The notes beneath the pieces were generated by a model. That model was not told where the DNA came from, did no database searches, and worked only from the letters and a program-made list of their open reading frames with translations. This document shows, piece after piece, positions 13,605 to 24,289 of a stretch of DNA of 64,000 bases. How positions within the stretch are numbered: the first letter of the stretch is position 1; each line of letters opens with the position of its first letter. Source of the DNA: Vicugna vicugna (taxonomy: Eukaryota); assembly GCA_013265495.1 (NCBI GenBank), contig MU057880.1:1580527-1644526 (forward strand), written 5' to 3'. A program made the translations under genes and the position numbers.

Positions 13605-14145
13605 CTTTCAACTTTTCACCACTATAATGCTGGCTGTGGGTTTGTCATAAATAGCTTTTATTATGTTGAGATATGTTCCCTCTATATCCACTTTGGTTAG
13701 AGTTTTATCATAAATGGGTGTTGAATTTTATCAAATGTTTTTCTTGAACCTATTGAGATGATCACATGGTTTTTGACCTTTTTCTTGTTAATGTGGTGTA
13801 TCGCATTGATTGATTTGCGTGTGTTGAACCATCCTTGTGTCTCTGGGATGGACCCAACTTGGTCACGGTGTGTGACCTTTTTTATGTGTTGTTGGATTCT
13901 GTTTACTGATATTTTGTTAAGGAGTTTTGCGTATATGTTCATCAATGATATTGGCCTATAGACTTCTTTTTTTGTAGTGTCTTTGTCTGGCTTTGGTATC
14001 AGGGTGATGTTGGCTTCACGGACTGAGTTTGGGAAGGTTCTCTACTTGCCAATCTTTTGGAAGAGTTGGAGAAGGACCAGTGTGAGCTCTCCTCTGTATG
14101 TTCGACAGAACCCCTAGTGAAGCCATCTGGTCCTGGACTTTCGGA
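13605..14145 (-). mobile_element. Internal L1 ORF2 (reverse transcriptase domain) fragment
   Basis: Minus ORF ...[46 protein letters not shown]...[11 protein letters not shown] is L1 RT; SPGPDGFT motif also present. Confidence 0.95.
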
Positions 14146-15274
14146 ATGGTTTCTAGCTGTAGGGCTTATATTTACCTTCAGACATGATCGCTTTTGATTC
14201 ACTAAGAAATGTTAACTCCATAGGAGAAAAATGTCATTTCTTCAAACAAAACTTCTTTGCAGGTTTTTTTTTAAAAAAGTGTGATGTTATCAAATGCTGT
14301 AAAATAATAAACTTTCATTTATTATACATTCTTTCTCCTTCTCTGCAGAACAGTAGACTGGCATGATGGTTGAATAATGGAGCCACAGCAGATGTGTTCA
14401 ATGTCATTCTCTGAAAAATGGCTATGTGGTGGAGAATAACACTTCACTCTCCAAAAATACGATTGGGGAGGGGCAGTGTTTTACCCAGAGGGCAATTAAG
14501 CAGCAAGAATGATTCTCAAGTGATTATTTTTTTCTACTTAAATGAACCCTTTAATACTGTTTACCAAATCCACTTATTGATAAAATCTCTGAAGCATCAT
14601 TCCACTTTGTGCTATAGTTCAACCTTAGATTTTTTCAATATGCTATAATGCATACATAGAGGGGCAATTCACATCCCCGGGTAACAGCTGACTGGGAAGG
14701 CTGCCTCCTTGGCAGATAATAGTATTTATGGCAGCAAAAAGATTAAAAATGGAAGAAATTGATTTTAACAATACTTTCAAGCATTCAAAATACTGAGGAA
14801 GGGGAGATTTTGTTGTTGCTGTTACCTCGATTTCATTCCCGTTGTCAACCAATTTTTTACGTGCAGACTTTGAACGTTTATTAAACTTTCTTTTTGTCTA
14901 AAAGTAAGACAAAATATAATTCGCCTATTTATACAATTAAGCTGAAAATATTTTCCTTCCTAATAAAAATAATGCATTTCATTTTAGATGCATCTTTGAG
15001 GAAAACAAGGCCTTAAAAGAGCAATTTTATGGAGTATTTGAAGAAATGGCATGTTGAGAAAGGTTAATTCGTTACTTCTTGAGAGTGTTTTCCTTGTGTA
15101 AGGCTACAAGCTGTTTAGAAGGCTATCCAGTAGTGTGTTATTGATCTGCAAACTTTTATTTCTTATTTATTTTATATATTGTAATATGTACATATATGAG
15201 GCCATCCTGTCTAACCTTTTAAAACTTTATCCTCACTGCTGTTGTCATTAACCACATGCAGAGTGCTGATTATG

Positions 15275-16022
15275 CGGTGATGTGCCAGGCAGGCACTACA
15301 CTGAGGAGCCTGCGACTGGCAGCGCATTTGCTCGCTGTGACGGTCAGAGGACCTGGGTGTTACCACTGCTGTCTAAATCCGACCTGCACAACCAAGCCCA
15401 GAAAAGTGAAGCTCCTTGCGTGGTGGCGCGGGAACCTCCAGAAAGCAGAGCCTGGGACACGGGCTCGTGCGCCCGTCGTTTGTGAAGGAAGCGAACCCAG
15501 GAAGCAAGAGCCGGGCTGAGGCGAGGGAGACAAAAAGGGGCTCCGGAGCGAGGGTGCGGCACTGAGCCGCGGGCCCCCGCGGGCTTCCCACGCGGATGCG
15601 CCGGGACCCTGCGCGGAGCTGGCCGCCGGAGGGTCCAGGGGAGGACTGATTGGTCCACACGCCCTGTTCTCCGTTCCTTGAGGTCTGGCCCTTAGGGCAT
15701 CAGCGCTGCACACGCGCGTGGCGCTTGCACGTGGATCCAGCTGCCTTTCCCAGGGTCCCGTCCTCCCCATGGGAGAGCCCGACACGGTGCGCACTTCACT
15801 GTGGTCACCAGGAGAGTGAGGTCAGAGCCGCCCACTCCCGCGGGGGGTCAGAGCTCGGGGTCAGCGCGGAAGGGACGTTCGGGGTCCATCCCTGCTTCTC
15901 TGGGGCCCACTCCTCACGTGCTCGAGTGACGCGCTCGCACGGATGCTGATGCGGGAGGCCAGCGGGAGGACCGCTTGTCCCCGCGACTCCTGCTGGTCCA
16001 GGGCCACACCTAGTATTCCCGC
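15275..16022. promoter_or_regulatory. CpG island (orphan; no associated exon identified)
   Basis: About 64 CpGs counted by eye in ~750 bp of GC-rich sequence. CACGTG E-boxes at ~15728 and ~15915; reverse CCAAT at ~15648. Confidence 0.8.
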
Positions 16023-16034
16023 TCCTGTTTATTG

Positions 16035-16475
16035 TCATCTATTATACTGTAATATTAATATATTATGATATAACGTACTCTATATACAATACATAGTATT
16101 TATACACTATGTATTATGCATAATGTATAGTATATGAAATTATTTTATAAGTATTAATTATTATAAAATGCATTATTATACACAATTCATTATTACATTA
16201 TATAACTATAATATTGTAATTATATTATATGATTATTTAATTTTTAATTATTTATTTCATAAATAAAATAATATAAATGTTATATCATAATTACATTAAT
16301 ATACAATTATAATAAATTATTGTATAATGCATTATATATTAAATATGTAGTATTCATATTTTATGTACTATGTATAATGCATAATATTTATAATTTATAT
16401 ATGAATTATAATATCATAATTTATAATATTTGTAATGTTAATTTATTATTTTTTTAAATTTTTTTCTTTTTTTAG
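16035..16475. repeat. Extremely AT-rich low-complexity tract with quasi-palindromic structure
   Basis: Almost only A/T, with several inverted repeats (see findings). Confidence 0.9.
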
Positions 16476-16643
16476 TGGTAGGAGGTAATCAAATTTATTT
16501 ATTTGCTGGGAAACAAGCCACATCTAAATTTCCATGAGCTTAAAATATGATATTCGTGCTTGCTTAAAATGCACATGCTTGCTTTGTTTTGATGTTTTAT
16601 GCAGTAGATGACCTATAGCACGTATTATACTAAAGAAAATTTG

Positions 16644-17144
16644 TGAGGGGCAATCCTGAGATTGACCATAAGAGCACAAAGCAGGGCAGAGATTTCCTTA
16701 GGGTGAAACAGTGGATGGTCCTGGAAAGCCAGATCATCCATTAACAGAACTTTGTTCTGGCTTGAAAGCATGCAGTTTAACCCAGGGGAAGTATTTGCTA
16801 TCTCGAGATGTCCCGGAGGCAGTAACAGGATAGACTTAGAAAGTTTGCATCCCCCGAGGAGGGTGATTGTTCCTGCAAGGGATAGGCCTGAAATTAATCA
16901 GTTAACCAGCAAGCAGAACTTCATGCTTATCACATGGAATGTCTAAAGCCCCAGCACTTTGATCACATCTTTTTCTGAGCCGTGTACTCCTAATAAATAT
17001 GATGTCGACCAGGCGTTCGGGACTCTGGATCCACGATATCTTGAGTCCCCTGGTCCCATCTTTGCTCTTTACTTTGTCTCTTTGTTTCTTAAGTCTTGCG
17101 TCGCCCGTCCTCAGACACGGTCCTGAGCTGCACTGGATGCAGCA
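16644..17144 (+). mobile_element. Solo ERV1-type LTR, 501 bp
   Basis: TG...CA termini (tgagggggc...gatgcagca); 4-bp TSD tttg at 16640-16643 and 17145-17148; aataaa ~16992. Confidence 0.82.
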
Positions 17145-17149
17145 TTTGT

Positions 17150-17249
17150 TTATTTTAATTGTCTTTTTTTTAAACAGAGGTACTGGGGATTAAACCCAGG
17201 ACCTCATGTATGCTATGCATGCACTCTGCCACTGAGCTCTACCCTCCCC
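17150..17249 (-). mobile_element. Camelid tRNA-derived SINE (vic-1 type)
   Basis: Reverse complement ggggagggtagagctcagtggcagagtgcatgcatagc...gtcctgggtttaatccccagtacctc has A/B boxes and an A-rich tail. Confidence 0.88.
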
Positions 17250-17329
17250 ATTATTATCATTATTTTAAATTAAATTCCCTCTTCTAATTTCCCTCTTCTT
17301 TTACCACTCATTCTATATTTCCCTCACAT

Positions 17330-19445
17330 TTGGGCATCAGGTCAGCGGTGCTGATGTTTGCCTGACTGATGGACCTGTGCCTCGAGACAAAGGCTTTGAG
17401 GCAGTAATCATCCTGCCCTTACTGGGCTAAGATTGAGTACAATTGACCAATTACTATTATAATGGGTGAGGGAGTGTCAAAAACATCTTTGTGGACCCGG
17501 GATTCCAGACGCACCCTTCTCTGCCCTCTTCTCGGTCAGTAGATTACCTACCCCTTAGTATAATCATTCCTTTTTTATTCTTTCTGCTCCCCTGGCCAAA
17601 AAACAGACAAACAAATGAAAACGAAAGCAGTTCATCCAGTTACAGCTGCCTGACTCCTTCTAGGTAATGTGGTGTATGGTATAATGTGGGACCCATGTAG
17701 TTCCTGTTTTCCATAAAGTGATCCCCTTGGTCTAGACAGTGTGTATGAGTAATGTGTCCAGAGATCAAAGATTCTGTGATGCTGGAACCAGCCGTGACCC
17801 TGCAGCCAGGAAAGAGAAATCTACATCAGTCAGTGTCAGCTCCTGCAGGGATGAATCACTGTCTCTTTCAGGGCAGAAGAGGCTCAGTGCAGTCCACCTG
17901 CATTCGCCTCTGATGCTAGCAAGCCGGGCATCCAACAGTGGTACTTAAGTTGACTGTGGTGAGAGGGAGCCATGAGGTTGACCCTGCACCGCCATAGTCA
18001 TTCTATTTGTGGCCCTTTCTCCCATGTAGTAGGACAGAGATGCACTGATGACCGTAGGATAAGTCACCCCACCTCCCTGGTTGTTGACTTTCCCCTGTGT
18101 TGGAGGCTCTCTGGTTTGTTAACAGAAGACTCGTCAGTCTTCATACTGAATGCTACTTCCATAAATTCCTCCACATGCCCTTTGCCAGAATTTGTTGTCT
18201 CTGATCTCTTAATTATATTTCTTTCATCTCTGATTAAGCAGCCAAGCCATCCATCATTGTCTAGAATTCCATGCCTGTGCAAATCTTAGTGACTCCTCTC
18301 TCGAAACAAATTAACCAATCAAATCTGCTCCCTGCAACTTTGTCGGTGGTAGGATCTCTCCTCACTTCTTTCCTTTTCGACCCCACATGAGTAATGATCT
18401 CCTGCAGCAGCAATCCATTTTCTTTTTTTTTTTAATTCAATTCTAGTCAGTTTACAATGTGTCAATTTCTGGTGTACAGCATCATGTCTCAGTCGTACAT
18501 ATACAGACATATATTCCCTTTTATAGCCTTTTTCATTATAGGCTATTACAAGGTATCAAATATAGTTCCCTGTGCTACACAAAAGAAACTTACTGAATAT
18601 CTATTATATGTATGGTAGTTAGCATCTAAAAATCTCTAACTCCCAGTTTAATCCCTTCCCACTCCCTTTCCATGCTGGTAACCGTAAATTTGTTTTCTAT
18701 GTCTGTGAGTCTATTTCTGCTTTGTAAATAAGTTAATTTGTATCTTTTTTTAGATTCCGCATATAAGTGACATCATATGGTATTTGTCTTTCTCTGATTG
18801 ACTTACTTCACTTGGTATGACAATCTCCAGGTCCAACCATGGTGTTGCAAATGGCACCGTTTAATTCTTTAGCAATCCATTTTCAATTGACATTCACATC
18901 TTTATGCAATATACCTTCAAATGAGGTTTTCCCTCTACTGTAAGATGGTGGTAGGGACCACTCTCCCATGAGATGGTAAGTGTAAGATAAGGGACATGCT
19001 TCAGTGCAAGAGAGAATCTGACCACACAATCCTCTAACTCACTTGTACCCTATAACCTTACTTGCATTCTATGGACCTCAGATGTGATCCCAAACATACT
19101 GTTTCCATTGTATCATGGATTGTGTAGCACAGCTCAACTTTATTACTCAGTGACTCTGACAATAGGTGATCCAAGATGGATGGTTCCAATCAAAGAGCCA
19201 TATATTCTTCCATGACAAGGCACATTTTCAAGTCAGTCTTCTGTCCCGGGTCTGGCCTTGATCCAGAACCCTACAGTTCTGTAGTAACACTTGTTGGTAA
19301 TTTCCGGAGACTCCACACAGCATCCTTTCCACCATTGATGCTAACGTCATTAGATCTGCTGGGTCCTAGGATTTGGGTGGCTGGGTAGCTTTCTCTACAG
19401 CCTGGGACCAGCTGCAGACCCCTCTCTTTTTCCTGGCCTCACTTG
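17330..19445 (-). mobile_element. Decayed ERVL/MaLR internal (pol-derived) sequence, interrupted by L1
   Basis: Reverse of 19240-19420 resembles the ERVL pol segment 'QQVQAA..P..DPADPM...DAVWSL.....GFWSKA'. Reverse of ~17654-17697 resembles the integrase 'HG....YH.PH..E'. Many frameshifts. Confidence 0.72.
18423..18870 (-). mobile_element. 5'-truncated L1 with perfect 14-bp TSD
   Basis: TSD agcaatccattttc at 18409-18422 and 18871-18884; T-run then L1 3'UTR on the minus strand. Confidence 0.95.
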
Positions 19446-20884
19446 AAATTGACAACCCTACAAATCCCATGAAAACAGGCGAAATTTTTCTCCGTCTTAG
19501 TATATGTGCCTCCGAAACCCAAAGGCGCTACCAAGTGTTGTAACACCTGGGGACCTGGCGGTATGGAGCAAGGTGTAACTGCTTGTCTCTTTCCTGAGAT
19601 GGGATACCCCGGCTCACCACAGATCAGAAACGTTATATACGTGACAGGCTCCTGACTCTGTGTAGTTTTCTCTTCTCTCCAGCATGCGTGTGTTTTAAAA
19701 GTGGTCCTAGTACTTGCCACCATCTAGCCGTCTGGTCTGTTTCACATTATGCTGTAATGTAACAGACAAATGTGGTCTTCGAAAGATGGTTAAGATCATA
19801 AAATCACTATATTGTAAGTATGGGATATTTCTTTCCTCTCCCATTTGCTGTCTAACAAAATATTATTGGATTTTAAAATAGAGGGTTTCTTTCAACTGTT
19901 AGATTATTCTCTCCCAGTGAATTATAAATCCCTTGAGCCCAAGAGAACATACACATTTTATTCCTTATACAGCCACAGATATTAGTAAAATGTCTTGCTT
20001 ATCATAGTTGATAGGAAAATGGTGGGTTGAATTGAGTAAAACTCGCTCGGTGCTTATGAAGATAATAATTAAAATATATGATCTGGAGAAGTGTTAGGTT
20101 GAGTTTATTAAGGGGAAAATAGAATAATACATGCATCAAGAGTGAGAGAGAATGAGGAAATAAAGAAACATTTTTAATGTGCCTGTTGTGTGCCGCCTGC
20201 CCTGCCCCGTCTGGTACAGGGTCCGCCGTGCAGTCCTCTTGCTCGGGAGCAAACATCATCACTGAGATTCCTAAATAAGCCAAGGACATTTAGGCACAGC
20301 CAAGACTCAGCCCTTGATAATTTCCTACTGGCACTAGAAAAATACGGGGCATGATTTTCAAGTGTATTTTCAGCCAGTTACGTGGCTTTACCATGGAAAC
20401 AGCATAATTTAATGAAATGTTTTTAGAAATATAATAAACATCCTGGAATTATTTCCACATAAAATACTGATGATTTGCTCTCTATTTCAACAGCTGCTAC
20501 AGTTCTTTTCAAAAATTCCCATACTATATGCTCCAGAAACCCTTTCCTACAGTCTTCATTCATTTCCTGGAACTGGCTTTACCTCGCTGCCATGTGGCAC
20601 TTCACAGCATCTATTTAAATGAGGGACCATTCACATCCTTGGATCTGAACGGTCCCGGTCTTTCCTCTGCAGGAGAATTGCTGGAGTCAAGATAACAAAC
20701 AAATTCTGATAGATATTCAATAACAAAGGGTTTGTTTCTTAGGCCAAAATGTCTCAATTCTCTCCCAAGTATATTCAGCATGTAACTTTAAATCATGTTA
20801 ATGTAAATCGAGTAAGACAACTAAACTTTCTTCTAATTGAGTGGCTACTGATCCAACTTGACTCTTGGGGTGTAAATATCTATA

Positions 20885-20995
20885 TTTTGGACTATAGTCA
20901 GTTACAATGTGTCAATTTCTGGTGTATATATTTTTTAATTGAAGTACATTTGATTTACAATGTGTTCATTTCTGTTGTACAGCATAGAGATTATA
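20885..20995 (-). mobile_element. Two adjacent very short L1 3'-tail fragments
   Basis: Two successive copies of the ttacaatgtgt..atttctg.tgta motif. Confidence 0.7.
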
Positions 20996-21139
20996 TCTTT
21001 ATCATGAAACATTTCAAGTATTCAAAAAACTATTAAAAAGATATTTTTAAAATATATCTTAAAAGTCTTAATATTTTATCATTTCTTTAAATCCATATAT
21101 CCACATACCTGTTACATTCAAGATATGGCTTCAGTATCA

Positions 21140-21560
21140 TCTCTGTGCCCATTTCTCTGTCATTCTCCCCACAGGTAAATTTATCCTCAATTATTATTCC
21201 CATACTGGGTGTGTGTGTATGTGTGTGTGTGTATGTGTGTGTGTATATATATAAAAATCATTCTGTGAGTTGTAGGACTTTGACATTTCACATGATGGAT
21301 CATGTGGGTTATGGATTTCGGGAAGTATACCACAGAAATAAAATGCTTTTCTCCTCTCATCACACAGGGAGGTGGGGGACATGATTTCCACTCAGCTTCT
21401 CCCTAATGATGCTAATTTTGATCATTTGCTTAAGGAGGTGTCTGCCCAGGGTCTCTAAAGATACCATTTCCCCCTTTCCACATTCTGTTTTCTGGAAGTG
21501 ACTCGCGAAGTCTAGACCACACTTAGGAATGGAGAGTTAAGTTTCCTTCCAACATCCTCA
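21140..21560 (-). mobile_element. Old L1M(C) 3' region with (GT)n microsatellite
   Basis: taatgatgctaattttgatcatttgcttaaggaggtgtctgcc resembles the L1MC 3'UTR; (GT)n ~21209-21245. Confidence 0.6.
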
Positions 21561-21910
21561 TCTTTTTGTGATAAAAATTGATGATGAACTACAACCACTC
21601 GATACCAACAACCTATTCGTGACCTAGTCATTTCCTGAATAAAGTTTTTGGTCACTCTTGCAGGAAAGGAACATACCAGCTCAAGGGCTTGCTGAGGACA
21701 AAAGGAATCTGCAATTCGTAGGGGAAGAAGACGTTCCAAATATCCGCAACTCCCACATGATTAGTTGCAGAAATAATGGAAGCATTTTTTATGAGTGCTT
21801 CTTGCTTATGTTGAAAAGAATATCTTTGTATAAATGTGTGCATTATATATTTGTTGTATTAATGGAGATTAGATATAGATAGATAGTTAAATAAGTAACT
21901 TCTGCAGTAC

Positions 21911-22041
21911 CAGTTGATCTGGCAGGAGGTTGAATTTGAGGATGTGAACCCAGGATATGGAGGGCTGACTATAAAGTTATACTAGGATTTTCAACTGCAC
22001 GGAGTTGGTGCCCCTAATCCACATTGTCCAAGAGTCATCTG
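21911..22041. mobile_element. TcMar-Tigger non-autonomous DNA transposon remnant (MER8/Tigger3-like)
   Basis: cagttga...tcatctg termini. The reverse complement of the 3' part (cagatgactcttggacaatgtggattaggggcaccaactccgtgcagttgaaaatcc..gtataact) matches the recalled Tigger3/MER8 end. Confidence 0.75.
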
Positions 22042-22319
22042 TGTACATACATATAAACTTTACCAACATTACATTAGACGGTATCGAAGAGGGACTGAGG
22101 CTCAGCTAGCAGAGGAATAAATACCATTTAAAGATGGACAAAGTGACATGGGACTTCGTATTATTTTAGGGTGAAAGCTAGCTGTTTTCTATTGCAGAAG
22201 TGATTGCTGCACAGATGGAAGCAAAGTTGTAGATCTGCTTGCAAATTAAGTGTGTTCTAATGTGTTATGTGTGGATGCCAAATTTGTAAAGAAAATGAGT
22301 GGGATGAATTCATACTTTG

Positions 22320-22990
22320 TCAGTGTAGCTAAGCTGGGACCGTCTTTCCTAGACTTCTCACTATGGGTCCAGGCTCACATCCATCACAAGTAAAATCAGG
22401 TGAGATTTGGGAGACAGAACTGAGGCAGCAGGCTGGAACCTGGAGCCAGGCTCCCACAGCTCCTGGAAGACTGCAGCTGGAGGCTCGCCTTGTGGCTGTG
22501 GGCAGCATCCTGGCCCTTTGTTCTCCCACTTTCGCCAGATCTCCTTCCTCATCTGGGCCAAGCACTTGGTGGAAGCCACTAGCTTCTTGTGCATGTCACC
22601 CGTGTCATTGAGGTTAGATGCTGTCAGAGAAAGCTAAGTTTTAGTTTGTCTTCACAGGTTGCAGTTTTTCATCCCGATCCCAGTTTGTCTCTATGGGTTC
22701 TAGGTTACCCTTAAACCTATTACTGTCCAGTCACTGTTGGTTCTTGCTTTCCCTTGTTTTCTGTCCAGCTATCTCGTCAACTACTGCCCTATGGACACAG
22801 CAATTTCAGGCCCCACCTGTTGACTCACAGGCAACCACCTTCCATCTACTTCCTCACCTGCTCCACTCCAAGCCCCTTTGTAATGACTTTTCTTTGGTCA
22901 TTTGACTCTGTTTTACTTTCCTGGCTCCCCCTACAGTTTTGCAAGGTGCAGCTGTTGTAATAAACTTCTTGTGGCCTAGTCCTCACATTG
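22320..22990 (-). mobile_element. Old ERVL-type LTR remnant (LTR33/LTR16-like)
   Basis: gtgagatttgggagacagaactgaggcagcag motif resembles the LTR33 family; weak. Confidence 0.4.
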
Positions 22991-24289
22991 GTTCTGCTTC
23001 TTTAGCCCTAATTAATACAACTCCCTTCTTATTTTGTCTTCCAAGTCTCTCAGTCTCATTTTCATACCCATCCTTTTATTTCGTGTTATACAAGCTGGCG
23101 GATTTACTCAGTTCTATCTTGGAGTTCACGGATTCTGTATTTGCCATGCGCAATTAGACAATCTGTGATTTTACTTTTTATTCATTTTTTATTATAATTT
23201 ACTGTTTAGTTTCAGTGATTCTCTTCTTCCTCTTTCTCTAAGTTGTCTTTTCTTACATTTTTTTTCTTATTTTATGTTTCTTCTTTTAGGATTTGAATGA
23301 TTTTAGATGTCCCATGGTATGGTTTCTTCCAGATGGTCAACCATTTCCTGAAATTTTTTGAGGGTCTTAATCTGCTCTTTATTGCATCTATTGACACTCC
23401 TTTGTGGTAAGAATTTGTGAATTTTGTAATTCTCAAATGTGAGTTTTTCTCCATGGATTTTTTTTTTTTTTAGTGCAAATTGTGTTTGGCTTGGAGTGAC
23501 ATTGTATTCTTTTGCAGTGTGGTTTTTATTTCCATTCAGTCAAGCACTGCAGTGGTTTTAATGGTAAGGAAGATTATTTTGTTATTTTTCTGCTTTCAAT
23601 TTCCAGAATGTGGGAGGAGTCTCAACTCCAACCCCACACTATGTGAGGGGCTGCTTCTGATTAGCTGAGACGACCCCCACCCCCAACTCCATGCTCTCCA
23701 TGACTCAGGTGAGCAGTCTCATCACCTCCCCATACTTTGGAACGAATCTTTGTTGGTACATCCTGACTAGCATCACTAAATTTTGTCATCAAGATACATT
23801 ATTTTGCATGTTTTAGTATGGGAATTTGAATAAGTGACTGCTAGTCAAGCATGACTATATAATTCAATTATGAAAAGCAAGCTATTTTTAGTATTAAATA
23901 TTATTAGCTGACTTTATATGATTCAAGTATTAGTCTATGTTAAATTAAGCTCTTAGCAAAAATAACATTTTGTAAAATTGAAGACCTCTTGACATTTTGG
24001 TATGTCTACTGCTATGTTTTAATGTATTTTATTTATTATGCTTTGATAGGTTTTTAGTTAGAACAGAAATCCCTTTGCACTTTAGCTTAGTGTGTTAGTC
24101 TTGATAGATTATTTAATATTTCTTAGAAATTACCACTTAGGAATAATAATAAATCCAAATACAGAAAATTGAGTGATTTGGGGCTTAAATACCAATGAAG
24201 ATGTTTGTGCCTGCATCATTACACTGAATGAAGCAGGGACTTCATAAACCAAACACATTTTAACTCAGTGAAAAATCTTAATTTAAAAT

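Noticed and set aside
15256..16038. Overlapping ORFs in the CpG island
   Set aside because: Stop-codon depletion from high GC on all frames; no recognisable protein.
16035..16475. Mitochondrial control-region NUMT
   Set aside because: tacat/atgta motifs are present, but there is no conserved central domain or flanking mt-tRNA; low-complexity origin is sufficient.
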